This document shows positions 13,554 to 26,829 of a DNA stretch of 64,000 nucleotides, piece after piece. The stretch is taken from the NCBI GenBank assembly GCA_964016885.1, contig OZ024742.1, positions 84,072,001 to 84,136,000 of the forward strand. The letters are read 5' to 3'. Origin of the DNA: Eledone cirrhosa (lineage: Eukaryota). The notes under the pieces were generated by a model. That model made no database searches. It worked only from the letters and a program-made list of their open reading frames with translations, and was not told the origin of the DNA. Position 1 is the first letter of the stretch, and every line of letters begins with the position of its first letter. The position numbers and the translations under genes were made by a program.

Positions 13554-15893
13554 TACAAATCTAGAGAGTGTTCAATACAAAACCCAGAAGAGGTTTTAAG
13601 ATGATAATCACATCGAAGTTCATGTTTGATTCAAACAGACATGGCTGCTTGCATCACAGAGCAAGGGGAGTAACTCTGACCGCTGTTTGAATAAGTGTCC
13701 TTAAATGGCTTATTATCCGTTCACATGATGATTGTCTTCTATGGGTGCCAATTTACTACTGCTTAGTCAGGCCGGATCTAAGAGGCATAGTTGGTGTACA
13801 GATGTTTAGTTATGCACCCCGCCCCCCGACGTCTTATGGTTTGGTGCAGGGGGACCCGGTTTATGGTGTTCAGATATCAACCGGGGTCCAACCATAGAAT
13901 GACTGCTGTATTCTGTGTCCGCAGTTTAACACAGATTCTGCTCTGCTGTTGATGAGCTCTCGGGGTGCTCTTATGATAGGGTAAAGCTCCATGAGACAGA
14001 GCTGGCACTTCCCCTTGAAGTTGTAAGGTGTTGCCCTGCTGACAATTTCCCAGTATGTGGAGAAGCTGATGTTGGAGTCGTACAATGTTGTGATGTAGTT
14101 GGCGAGTGATGTGGAGTACCTTAACTTCCTGTTTCTAAAAGAGTGGAGATGTGTTCGAAATCTAGTTTTGAACGCGCCAGAGGTGGCCCCTATATAATGT
14201 TTGACACTATTATGGCTAGTTACAGTGCACCTATAAATAGCATTGTCTGTCAGGCAACTTCCCCTGATGCGGAAAGCTTCCTTGGTCACGACAGTTGCAG
14301 TGTCGGCCACGGTCGCTGCCGCTGCGGTGGCTCCTAGTGCCCGAATTATGACTATTACTATCACTACCTACGTTATTATCCACACCACCGCCGCTATCTC
14401 TGTAGTTAGAACTATTATATCCAATGGCGCGCGGGGTAGTACAATTATTATCGGGTAACTCGGTGAACCAATTAATGACCTAGTCGGTGCTGTTCCAGAG
14501 ACATACCTTAGATTTGCTATTAAGTTCAAGTATTACTCTATCGAGGATCACTTTACTAATCTTACCTATATCTGATGTAAAGGGACATATTAATCTAATA
14601 GAGGGGATTTCATTGAAAATTATAAAATAAACACCCATTAGTACCTTAAATGACATTAATAGAGTAGGTAAGGATATAGTGACTAGCTTAGACATAGATA
14701 AGTACACTAACCCATATGTCCCTATGACACCTAGATTCTCTCTTAAGGATCAAAAATATAACTTTAATGAAAGCCCCTCTATTAGATTAATATGTCCCAC
14801 TACATCAGATATAGGTAGGATTAGTAAAGTGATCCTCGATAGAGTAATACTTGAACTTCATAGCAAAGCTAAGGTATGTCTCTGGAACAACACCGAGCAG
14901 GTAATTAATTGGTTCACCGAGTTGCCCGATAAGACAGCTCTAAAATTCATCCAGTTTGACATAGATAGTTACTATGCCTCTATCTCCCCCATACTCTTAA
15001 ACAAGGCCCTTCTTTTAGCTAGATCTAACACTAGCCTCCCTAAAAAAGAGATAGATAAAGTACTAGCAGCGCGCAGAACTAATATCCAGTTCGAGGGTTG
15101 CCATTGGACCAGAACCAACCATCCTGATAACTTCGATATCACGATGGGGTCTAGTGACGGATCTGGTTGGAATATACCTCCTCCATAGACTGAGGGACGA
15201 GATCCCAGTCCTACAAGAAGGTGTATATAGGGACCACGCCCTATTTACAGTTAGGAACCATAGCCTCCGCAGGATAGAGAACCTTAAGAAGCGCATACAC
15301 AGGTTCTTCAAATCATACGGCCTATCCGTAACTATAGACCTCAACCACCAGATAATCAACTTCCTAGACGTGACCCTGGAGTTGGGTACGGGCCTGTACA
15401 AGCCATACCATAAGCCCGGCGAGATTCTATCATATATTAATTATGAATCAAACCACCTTAAGTCTACTCTCAACTCCATAGTGTATAGCATATCCCATAG
15501 GATCTCGAGGCTATCCGCCAACGAGGACATCTTCAACCAAGCTGCTTACTACTAGAATAAAACCTTGGTGGATGCCGGATATAACCGAATAATCTCCTAC
15601 CTCCTTAACGCAGACTCTAGAAACCACCCCCATCATAGGACTAATGTTATAGTAAGCCATACCTATAACCAAATACGCAGCAGTCATGATAGAATCAATA
15701 ATTATAGAATAGAGAATCGCACTAAGAAACACGGCCATAGCGTTAACTACCTGGGTGGTGGCGTAGAAGGTCTACCGCATAATAAGGGTCATCATGCGGG
15801 CAACGGTAGCCGCTGTAACCTACTAGAATTATTCCCTGCCTATAGGATTAACAACAGCGATGGCTTATTACTTACACCCTCCAAGCGAAGGGG

Positions 15894-16955
15894 ATGCGCA
15901 GTAGGCTGCAGCACAGTAGCAACTATAAGAACGGTTACCTAGTCAACACGGCCCGTAATAAGCCCACGGCTACGCGTAACCGCCAACGTAATGTCCTATG
16001 GTTCCACCCTCCCTACTCTTGGAGTGTGGCCTCAGACTTACCTAGAATGTTCTTCGAAGCCTTAGAGAAGAACTTCCCACCCAACCATAAGTACAGAAAA
16101 ATCCTCAATAAGAACAATGTTAAAATATCCTTCTCCACTATACCTAATCTAGCAGACATCATAGGGATAACTAATTACAGTAAACTCACCAAAATACGGC
16201 ACCATAGCAGCGATAGGTCTAGACATGACAGCAATTCTAATAGCCTTAACGTTTCCCTAGCAGCACCAGACAGTGTTGGTGGCAGCTCCAACAGACGCAA
16301 CTGCCAAAACGGCGGTGAGACTGGGGAGCATACTGGCGACCAGTACGGCAACAGAAGGCGCTGTGGCGTGCGGAATAATAATTGTACTACCCCGCGCGCC
16401 ATTGGATATAATAGTACTAACTACGGAGATGGCGGCGGTGGTGTGGATAATAACGTAGGTAGTGATAGTAATAGTCATAATTCGGGCACTAGGAGCCACC
16501 GCAGCGGCAGCAACCGCGGCCGACACTGCAACTGTCGTGACCAGGGAAGCTCTCCGCTCAGGGGAAGTTGCCTGACAGACACTGTTATTTATAGGTGCAC
16601 TGTAACTAGCCATAATAGTGTCAAACATTATATAGGGGCCACCTCTGGCGCGTTCAAAACTAGATTTCGAACACATCTCCACTCTTTTAGAAACAGGAAG
16701 TTAAGGTACTCCACATCACTCGCCAACTACATCACAACATTGTACGACTCCAACATCAGCTTCTCCACATACTGGGAAATTGTCAGCAGGGCAACACCTT
16801 ACAACTTCAAGAGGAAGTGCCAGCTCTGCCTCACGGAACTTTACCATATCGTAAGAGCACCCCGATTGCTCATCAACAGCAGATCAGAATCTGTGATAAA
16901 CTGCGGACACAGAATACAGCAGTCATTCTATGGTTGGATCCCGGTTGATATCTGA
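15894..16955 (+). pseudogene. PLE ORF C-terminal part: linker, low-complexity insert, GIY-YIG endonuclease
   Basis: WFHPPYS, FPPNHKYRKILNKNNVKISFS, CNCR, VIY...YIG, STSLANYI, CQLC; separated from the RT by a stop and frameshifts. Confidence 0.85.
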
Positions 16956-17282
16956 ACACCATAATCCGGGTCCCCCTGCACCAAACTATAACACGCCGGG
17001 GGGCGGGGTGCATAACTAAACATCTGTACACCAACCATGCCTCTTAGATCCGGCCTGACTAAACAGTAGTAAATTGACACCCATAAAATAGTAGTGGAAA
17101 ACAATTATCATGTGAACGGATAATAAGCCATTTAGAGACACTTATTCAAACAGCGGTCAGAGTTACTCCCCTTGCTCTGTGATGCAAGCAGCCATGTCTG
17201 TTTGAATCAAACATGAACTTCGATGTGATTATCATCTTAAAACCCCTTCTGGGTTCTGTATTGAACACTCTCTAGATTTGTA

Positions 17283-17324
17283 TGCCCTTGAGAAGCCCTT
17301 TTCGGGCGAAACGTACGTAGATGC
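17283..17324 (+). ncRNA. Hammerhead motif, U3-A8 core variant
   Basis: TTGAGAA-GCCC ttttc GGGC-GAAACGTACGTA: perfect stem II, palindromic stem III ACGTACGT, GUA triplet; stem I weak. Confidence 0.65.
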
Positions 17325-18439
17325 TTATTGTATAAATATGTTCTAACAGTCTATATTCTCTTTCGTAATTCTTTCATTTATATATATATATATATCATAC
17401 GGTGTATCAACATGATATAGAGCAATAAAATATATGGTTTACCATCAGAAGCTATTCAAATTGATTAAAAAGAAAGAAAAAAAAGAAAAAAAGACTAGAG
17501 CAATCAATGTTAAATAGTGTTTGCTTTTGTTGATACAAATGTTATAATGTTTTTGTTTTAAGGTTTTGTCTTACATCCGATCTTACATCAATAAATGAAG
17601 AAAGTATTGATTTTCTTACTTTCGCACTAGTTCACGTGTTGTTTTTTTAAGAAGTAACGTTACCGACCTAATCGGACCTAATATTTTATTAGCACTTACA
17701 TACTAGTTTTTGATAATTGTATCGCGTCAAGACAAATAAATGAAAAAACAATAACATAATACATTTGATTGCACATATAGCAGGATATCTAGATAAGTGT
17801 ATGATACATATTATTAAATATTTGAAAGTATATGTAATATATTTTCGAATATTGCACTATACTACAGAGTATTACACCAATGAACACTTTCTATTCAATA
17901 ATGGCTGCACAAACAAGCTTGTAAACACGCTATCTATGGATGCAATGAAAAATAAAGTAAAAAAGCAATCCTTCTTCAAAACAAACAGCCCAGACAACAT
18001 ATATATATAGTCAGGCAAAATTGATAAAACATTTAAGGACTATAATCGAAAAAATATCTACAACGAATTGAATTTAACTACATTCAATAAAATAACATCG
18101 TATATTTATTATTAACTGAAATGAGAAGCCTAACACACAAAAATCAATACTAACACAAAAATTATACTAAACAACACCACAACTAAAAACTGTTTACCAT
18201 ACCAGCCGTATTTATATAATATAGTCACCATTTCTGTCACCGGTAGTATCTTTCACTACATCCCAAGATTTATATTAAGCAATTTGTTTAAAGATTTCTT
18301 CTTGGTTAACCATACGTCTTCTACAGTTTCAGTATACCATTTCGAAGGTATTTATTATGTGTATTTATATAACACATATATTTATTGTATATATTTATAT
18401 GTGTTATGGAATGTATCCAATTGGGAGGGGGGATTGGCC

Positions 18440-19640
18440 TCTTGATGCTTCGGATGAAAGAAAGACTTCTGCGGGAGATGCAAGTCTGTGCGACAAACAG
18501 GGAGATCGAATTCAGATCCTTCCTTGATGAAGTCATTGCAACGGTAGATGTAGTTATGACTGAGTCAAATATCCTAAAGAGAGACTTCAATGCACATATT
18601 GGCACTGACTACTTGACATGGAAAGGAGTGACTGGAAGGAACGGCGATCCCAATCTAAATAGAGTGGATAGGCCTTATAGACTTCTCTTCTAGAAATGCG
18701 CTCTCTATTATGAACATCTTCCAGCAGAAAAACATCCATAAATACACATGTTGTAAAGCGTACCAGGGAGGGAGATCAATAATTGAATGATGTTCTTGTC
18801 TCTGATCTCTTCAATTCTGTGCTGGATGTTCGTGTTAAGAGAAGGGCTGTGTTGTCAACTGATCACCATATAATTACCTGTAGCCTGAGACTACCTAAAG
18901 ACAAGAGAGCCCACAAATCTTGCAGGTCCATCTTAATCTACCGGATAAAGTGGGAAGCATTGGCAGATAAGAATGCCAGATACAGGTATGTGAAATCTAT
19001 TGCATTCAAATTCAGAGAACTCCCCAAAGAAACTGAGGAAGTTGAAACGGTGTGGAGACCGTTTAGTTTAGCAGTTTTTGCTTCAGGTTTTAAATGATTT
19101 AGGCGAAAGCAGATTGGTGTGACGTTCGGGGTGGTGGAGGACCCCTTGGTTCAATAAAGTGGTCAAAGATGCCATCATAGCAAAGAAAGTGGCTTACAAA
19201 GCTTCGTTTGGAAATATGTCCTCCTTCTTGAATTTGCAGTACAAGCAGGCACGAAAAGTCACGCCAGAGACAGCAAAATTTGGGGTTAAGCTGGAATCCG
19301 GCAGACCATCAGCTGGCATCGTAATAAGAAGTCCTCCTCCACACCACGTATCAGGAACGTGTCTGGGTTTATCCTCTCTTCAGTGAGGCGTATCCTCACG
19401 TGATGGAAGGAATACATTGCTGATATCCTAATCCGGTTACAACAGACTCTATTAATTTACACGAGGTGCAACTGGGAGCGATTATCAACCTCTCGGAGGC
19501 TGAGGTAACAAGAGCAATTAATGAGCTTAAATGTGGCAAGGGCACTAAGGAGGATAACATTCAGCTCGAGATGTTAAAAGCCTAAATAGAAAAGGTTTTC
19601 TCGGGCTGACTTGTGTGTGCCGGGTGGCCTGATCTCTGGA
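18440..19640 (+). pseudogene. Decayed RTE-like LINE (AP endonuclease to start of RT)
   Basis: DFNAHIGTDYLTWKGVTGRNG, VLDVRVKRRAVLSTDHH, and EAEVTRAINELKCGK..EDNIQLEMLKA near 19495-19583. Confidence 0.8.
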
Positions 19641-20451
19641 ATGGAATGTCACCTACCTAAGAAACGGTGTTTGTTAATTCATTTGAAATATGTTTAATGT
19701 AGACTAAAATTAAACTCGGAAGTTTTTCCTCACGCCTTCCAATTTTATATTGATAATGAATAATATCAATCTGGATAATGTCTCAGAATTTCTATAGACA
19801 CGTCAAATAAATTTCTTTTAAATATTATGAATGTAATCGTTATGAAAACTTAGCTGGAATTCTACGAAAACGTAGAATATAATAGCACCATACTTAGTTG
19901 GATTTGAATGAATACTTAAAAGCATAATACCACCCTACTTAACACATTATCCTACAGTATTTATAGCTTGCTGCTATAGCTTTTTAATCACACACAATCC
20001 TTAAGTTTATAGTAATACTCATCCACAGTCACACACAGGAAAATAATCACACCACACGGCACACACACGAAACAAATCACACTAAACGACACACATGCAC
20101 AAAGACACGGACACAAACAACAACGACATTAGTGAATATGATTAAATATATAGAACGGAATATTTAGAAATATTTTCACACACATATTTTGAGAGAGAGA
20201 CAGTGAGAGGAAAAGGAAGAGAGAGGAGGCGAGAGAAAAACAGTAGAGAAAATGGCAGAGGGAAAGAGGAAGAGAGAGCATACGTATTCTAATAAAATTA
20301 ATATGATTAATATGTAGCGCTACAGATATCCACATTCTTTTCCTACGGCGGAGGAATATAATCTACATATTTATACATGATTCATGATATATCACATATG
20401 TAATCCTGTGAGTACCAGTGCATATATATATATATATAATATAAGCCCATT

Positions 20452-20560
<109 letters not shown>

Positions 20561-20679
20561 CATAAGCATATAGTACCATGTACTACCTTCTCAGTGAATC
20601 GGTCTATTTTATTTTATTTTGCTCGAACATAAAGTAGTTTTCCTATGCTCTTGGGAAAGAAATCTGTATCGACTTTTAT

Positions 20680-21620
20680 TTTATGTCCCTCCTCAAGATC
20701 AATGATGACATTATCAGTATTTTTATTTTCATGCTCGTAAACCTTGGTGAGATGGTTACTGACTTTTGTATATTACGGCCACCATCCTTGCCTCAGAAAT
20801 ACAATCTGTTTCCATTTTCATCGATGTTAAAATCTCCAGTAACACTGAGCAGCGAGCTCGTACTTCTTTCTCTTTCAGTTCCTGCAGTGACTGGTTTAAA
20901 AGATCAAATATTACTGTTTGGATATGTGCAGCAAAGGTATTCAGAGCCATGTTTTTGTTATAGACTCAGAATTTTGACTACCATATTTTCTTGTCTTGCT
21001 TGAGGCCTTCATTTATTATCCGTTCTTTTTTATGTGACATTCTCTGTAGAATTTGTATTGTCGAGCCGTTCAGGTTTAGAGTTTAGGAGGAAGACACGTC
21101 TCCACGTTTTATCACCAAAAATGCATATTTGGATTCACCAAATTTCATTCAAATATCTGTGAAAAATAGTATGAAGTTCAATTTATTTTGGAGGAAGTTG
21201 ATATTTGGCCTATACAACATCAGGTCGTCGACAAAAAACAAAACTAAAAAAAAACAAAAACTGTATGAGATCCTTCTGTATGAGTGCCGTAGCAAGCGAT
21301 AACAATTTGGATAGTTCTAGCCTGTCTGATACTCTCGTCATACAGCCTTAGCAAAATTCACCGAAAGAAATGTGTGAATCTTAAACTACTACACTTTCAT
21401 AGGTTCTGGGTATCGGGATTTCCTTTCTACCACACTCTGTGGGACTCTTGCCAGTAATATCTCGACTCTTTCATATTGCTTCTGTTCAGCGTACCTCCGG
21501 TAGCATTGTTCTAATTCTTCTAGGCATAGAGCCTGCATGTTGATTTCATCGTTTATTTCTCATACAGATCACCCGTAGCTCTCAGCTTGATCTTTTGTAC
21601 GGGTTTCTATTATAAGGATT
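20680..21620 (-). pseudogene. Very decayed LINE fragments
   Basis: Minus-strand TGDFNIDENGNRL (APE motif) near 20800-20840; surrounding frames are broken. Confidence 0.35.
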
Positions 21621-21689
21621 GAAATGTTCATGCTGAAGGTAACATAGACTAGTTTGGTATCTCTGGGAAATAATCTATTCAGCATTTTC

Positions 21690-22110
21690 GTTTATATGCT
21701 GTAGATATAAACTTTAGTTATTCGGTTGCGACTGTAAGTTACTGTCTCAGTTGATGGAGTTTGATGTCTGATCGTATTCCAAAGCAACTTCTCTACGGCG
21801 AACTGTGCGAAAGAAGGCGACCACCACACAAGCCCAAAATCGGTACCGGTACCGAGCTTGCACTGAAATTTCATCTGTTGAATGGGAGAAAATGGTTGAG
21901 GATCGTATGAAATGGAGACGTTTGATCAAGTCAGGAAGTGATCACTTTGAAACTTGTCGAAGGGAAAAACCAAACACTGAAAAAGGAAGGCAAGGAAAAG
22001 GGACTGTTCTGAACTGCCTGCTGTTGAGCAACATTTGGTTTGCCAGTACTGTAGTCGAATCCGCCTAAGAAAAGCTGCTCTGATAAGACATGAACAAAGT
22101 CATATCAGTT
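21690..22110 (+). pseudogene. RTE-like LINE 3' end
   Basis: PKQLLYGEL..RRPPHKPK and WEKMVEDRMKWRRLIKSG..FE followed by a C2H2-like remnant, typical of RTE ORF termini. Confidence 0.7.
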
Positions 22111-22428
22111 GACCTCATGCAGATTACGAACATGATGATCTGAAAAGATGTATGGAATGTGACAAGAAATGTGCAAGTATGGGAGGTCTTAAAATACATA
22201 TGAAAACGCAGTCAGAACGAAGCCGTGGAAAGTCCCAGGTAAATCTACAGTTGTCATGTATGTACGAGAGGGTGCAAGCCTTTGGCTGGTTTGAAGAGCC
22301 ACATCCATGCCTCACATTTTTTAGCATTTTATCAGGCGATGACAATGCTCGAACACGAGTTTGCGGCCATCATGTATGCATGTATTATGCTTGCATTTAT
22401 GTATCCATGTGTATATGAGTGTGTGAGC

Positions 22429-22485
<57 letters not shown>

Positions 22486-22488
<3 letters not shown>

Positions 22489-22768
22489 AAAGTTATATTT
22501 AAATTGTTGGGTTAACAACGAGTAAATATTTATAACTGATATAAAAGCACTCAACAAGTATTTGGAGTATATTTATGATATTAAATAAATGGAAACTATA
22601 TTTATAAAACCATATTTATTTCGTTATATATATTTCAGGGATATCATATTAACAATATGTTATGCCTTCTTGTCTGAAGAAGGCATAACATATTGTTAAT
22701 ATGATATCCCTGAAATATATATAACGAAATAAATATGGTTTTATAAATATAGTTTCCATTTATTTAAT

Positions 22769-22773
<5 letters not shown>
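22486..22773 (+). mobile_element. Fold-back PLE terminus, 97-bp arms
   Basis: 22575-22671 is the reverse complement of 22677-22773 around a GTCTG loop; left extension 22486-22574; (TA)n on both sides. Confidence 0.85.
22670..22727 (+). ncRNA. Hammerhead motif
   Basis: TTGT-CTGAAGA-AGG...CCT-GAAATATATATA-ACGA; downstream tail matches that of the HHR at 56923-56990. Confidence 0.7.
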
Positions 22774-22809
<36 letters not shown>

Positions 22810-22812
<3 letters not shown>

Positions 22813-23020
22813 CGAGTAGGACCCCGACGGCTGAGCTCAAGCCGTTTCGACGGCTAATTCTGGACTAAAAAAAAAAATAAAAAAAAGAATTAGCCGTCGA
22901 AACGGCTTGAGCTCAGCCGTCGGGGTCCTACTCGTTCCTATTACCCACTCTACTACCCTAAGTGTTGAGTACTTTGGTGCGTTATGGTCCACCTGGTTCC
23001 TTACCACATTTCCTTCGTTA
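22810..23020 (+). mobile_element. Fold-back PLE terminus with the 3' half of a hammerhead
   Basis: 22810-22860 is inverted at 22887-22937; contains GAAACGGC-ttgagctca-GCCGTC; tail matches 29035-29140 and ends in (TA)n. Confidence 0.75.
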
Positions 23021-23024
23021 TATA

Positions 23025-23210
23025 TATTGGATTGGCAGTATCGGTAGAGGGTCAGACGCCATGCTTTCCAGCATAGTTACGTCCCTTTACGATCTGAGTT
23101 CAAATCCCACCGAGGTTGACTTTGCCTTTCATCCTTACGGGGTCGATAAAATAAAGTACCAGTAATGCACTGGGTAATTGCTGGCCTTGTGCCTAAAGTA
23201 GAAACAGTTA
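23025..23210 (+). mobile_element. SINE family A within (TA)n
   Basis: GGATTGGCAGTATCGGTAGAG head, GTTCAAATCCC, core and tail. Confidence 0.9.
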
Positions 23211-23398
23211 TATATATATATATAATATTTCTGCTCTGCGTATACGCATAGAGCTTAACTAGCTACCGTCACATATTTGGTAAGTCAGACGTGATCATCG
23301 CGATTCACATACGACCTACCATACATCTTACTTATATATATATATATATATTAATTCAAAATATTAATAAATGTAGTCATTCACTTAATCAAAATATA

Positions 23399-23460
23399 TT
23401 TTATTATATATGTTTCGGAGGTACTGTGCTGTTTTTTCAGTACGTCCTCATCAGATAAAA
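23399..23460 (-). ncRNA. Hammerhead motif
   Basis: Reverse complement TTTTAT-CTGATGA-GGAcGTACTG...CAGTACcTCC-GAAACATATATA-ATAAAA: 6-bp stem I and a long stem II, between two (TA)n tracts. Confidence 0.8.
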
Positions 23461-23488
23461 TACATAAATTAATTTATTTAACTTTTGG

Positions 23489-23553
<65 letters not shown>

Positions 23554-24708
23554 TGTACATATTTGCAGCTGTATAACGATAATTTTCAATATATATATGT
23601 ATATATATACTCGTATATATGTATATTTACACATAGATATAAACATATGTGTGTAAGTAAGTGACACTTATAAACGTGTTGTCTTTCAAGTAAACGTCTT
23701 CACTGCTAATCTTTAGTTTAAAAAGCAAAAGAAGAAGAACAAAAACTGATTCCTATAAACAAATTCTACAGAACTAACCAAAATATTTTAACTGAAACGG
23801 AAGCTTTGACGCACCTACTCTTTGTTTAAAACTGCGAACAATAGTCGGAATAAATAAAAGAAATATTCTTAAATTATTATTATGATTATTTTTATCTTTT
23901 GTGTCACTTGCTGTTGATGTCTTTATTTTTAAATTGTTCCTATTGTCATTGATATTTTGGCGAAGGTTTATTTCTTTATCGTAGATTTAATCTTCCAGTA
24001 ATGTTTAACAATTTATGTTTATCTCTCCATTTATCTAGTCTATTTTTTATTCTACGTCTAGTTATTTCGTGTGTTTATTTATTGTTCACCAAGTAGAAAT
24101 GTGTTGAGAGGTTTAGAAACGAAAATGGTGATATAAATTCCAGAATAAAGAACATGACAAAGGGATTGTAGAACCCTTTTGTATTCCTTGATCTATTTAT
24201 GTGTCCTTCTATTTGATGCAAAACAAAACTAATGTTTTGAAATATTCAAACAATCGGTGTATTGTCTTCGTTTTATTTCCCACAAAATTGTTATTTTTAA
24301 GTTTAAATAAGCGTTTCATTGAGATAAACTTACTAAAGTCCTTTCTTTCCACCAGAAATACGGAGGAAGAGATATTCTGTTCAAGCGAATCTATAACCAC
24401 AACAATGGTAAACATCATAAATACTTTAATGGATGATGTATTGAATGTCATGCGCAAAGGTTTCTTAATTAATTGACATTTCATTCTTAGTTGGATAAAG
24501 AAACATCTAGCAACAATGGTTAACGAATTCCATAAATTCATCAACCAATAAAATAGCTCAACTTACAGAATGGATAGTCTGCAGAATTCTCAATCCAACA
24601 TATAACATAACCCACAATATACCTACGTTTCTCAATCTCATCTAATGAAATAACACAATACACATTTATATTATCAACATCAGATACAATAACCTAACTG
24701 GCACTTCA

Positions 24709-24904
24709 CGAGGCTCGGCTGAAGAGTTCATAGGCTGACCAAGATACTCTCATGGAATGACCAAATGAGGATTATTTTTCAACATAGTCCTTGGAAAGAA
24801 ACAAGGCGATTATTAATAAGAGTTGAAATGAATGTATGCAAGGTTTCACAGTTCTAGCAATCTCTCCTTCAGGGTCAGCCTATGAACTATGCAGTCAAAC
24901 CTCG
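24709..24904. mobile_element. Mariner-type MITE
   Basis: Imperfect TIRs CGAGGCTCGGCTGAAGAGTTCATAGGCTGACC / GGTCAGCCTATGAACTATGCAGTCAAACCTCG followed by TA; second copy at 59245-59444. Confidence 0.75.
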
Positions 24905-25149
24905 TAATACGAAACAAAGCCAACAACAATGTAAGTGAAATGTAGCATACAGACACATTTATACACACTCGACAATCATTATTGTTCCCATTTCACTTAC
25001 ACAAATGTGTACTTAATGGAACAATAGAAACTTTCATAAAACTGCATTGAAATTTGAGAGTGGGATGTTGTTTGGTGATGACAAGTATTAGTCATTTGAA
25101 AATGTTTAAGGATGTGCATACCAGGATGATGGATGTGAAAGATATTACT

Positions 25150-26350
25150 TCAATTAGGGTTTTGTTTTACATTGTAATTTTTATACCTTCTAGCTTCCAT
25201 ATTTCAAGAAGTTGCCATTGTTGACACAAGTAATTGTACATGTTAATGAATGAAATAATTTCTTGAGGCCCTATTTATTTTAGGTGCTTGCTTGTGAATT
25301 GGTTTCGTCCTCCTACTTTGAGATTTTAGATTTTCCATTTGTTTATGGTTATTTCGTTGTGGGAAGAGTTCGTCCTAGTGGCTTAAGCTGTGAGTGGGTG
25401 TTTTGCATTGTGCGTTCCTATTTTATTAACATGTTTTTGTGGCAAGGTGTCGAAAAATGTTCGATAAAATCATTTGCTTACTATTCTCAATTTTTGTATA
25501 TTATCTGAAGTTTTTATTGTGACATATGATGCAGAATGATCATTGTTGTTGATGCTGATGCTATTTACTTATTATAGTGTTTGACTGTTAGTTTTTGAGT
25601 TTATGCTGTATACAAATGTTTGACAAGTTTTCCATTGTCGATGGTTTGCTTTATTTCTTTATTTGTTTTTTTTTCATTTATTGAAGTTTTGTTTTGATTG
25701 TGTGTGTGTTTAGTCTCCTGAGTTTTAGTTTGTCTCTGATTTTTATGATTTTGGCTATTTCCCGTGCATAATTGGAGTTGGAGTTTTATCGTGCGTTGTG
25801 GGAGATGTTTTTATGATGCGTCTATACTTATTTTGTTGAACGTATATACTGCAGTGCCTGTTTTAGTGCTGGTGATGTTGGTGAATTCTGAAAGCTTTGA
25901 CTCACTTTCTTGGTAGAACTAATTCTATCGTGTTTTTTGAGGTCTCTAAAAGTATTTTTGCTTTCTTCATTGATGTGTGAGCGTATCATGGTGACAATTG
26001 TTAGTTAGTCCGAAGAAAGCAGGCGGATTGTTTGCCAAATATTGTTGTATCTATGTTTGGAATAGAAGGGTATCAATAGGGATGGATTTGTATTAATAGT
26101 TGGCTTATTAATATATACGTATGTATTGATGCGGACTATTTTTGGTTGTAAAAAGGTGTATGTTTTGAAGATATTATTTCCTTTGTAGTTGATACAATTT
26201 TAAAAGCAGAAATTAAATGCATTGAAATCTCTCTCATAGTTAGTATTTGCGAGCGTGTTACGTTATTGAATTTGAGGTAGGTAACATGATGTGATAGTTG
26301 TGTAAGGTCATGTGTAGTAGGTATTTATATAGCAATGTACATCATGTTGC
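25150..26350 (-). pseudogene. Ancient PLE-like remnant
   Basis: T/G-rich plus strand (A/C-rich coding strand) with only faint residual RT and endonuclease-like motifs. Confidence 0.3.
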
Positions 26351-26829
26351 AGTTTGCCTTATTACAAAAACACCTTTCTAGTGTAGTGATTCAAATTAGT
26401 TAACATATTTCTTTTGCGATATCTATATACTGAATGCATAAAAATCTATCACATGGGCGATCGATAAGTCCTATTCTTTTGGCAGGTGTACCACGAAATA
26501 AAGCTAAGAGGGCTGCCGCAGACGCATATTTAAACTGCAGATTATGAAATACGACATACCGTGAATGGTTGCAAGAAGGCTCATGCGTAAAGCTCTCTGA
26601 AACGCACAGATAGAGGAAACTGTTTATAATATAGGTGAAAAGCTCGGGGAGCACTGGAGAAATTATACTGAAAGGAAACCTATATCCGTATTTTATTGAG
26701 ATGCTCGATATAAATACAATGGTCTAATCAATAAGTTCAATATGACTATCGTATTCATGCCCTTATGGCGTAATTTCATCTTCAAAAAGATGCTGCACAT
26801 TTATACACCTTGGTCACATTTATAACCTT

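Larger units (their letters stand above)
13298..17379 (+). mobile_element. Penelope-like element, 5'-truncated, with inverted 5' arm
   Basis: RT pieces 14679-15555 (IRLICP, FIQFDIDSYY, ITMGS, YRDH for YRDD, NFLDVTL) and GIY-YIG in 15894-16955 (VIYRCTV..HYIGAT..FKTRF..H, CQLCLTE). 13458-14449 is the reverse complement of about 16376-17378; (TA)n lies at both ends. Possibly Nematis-like (inference). Confidence 0.92.

Noticed and set aside
24201-24544. Overlapping 91- and 111-aa ORFs; likewise those at 26400-26654 and 38665-38887
   Set aside because: No recognisable domain or splice support; cannot be called without a homology search.
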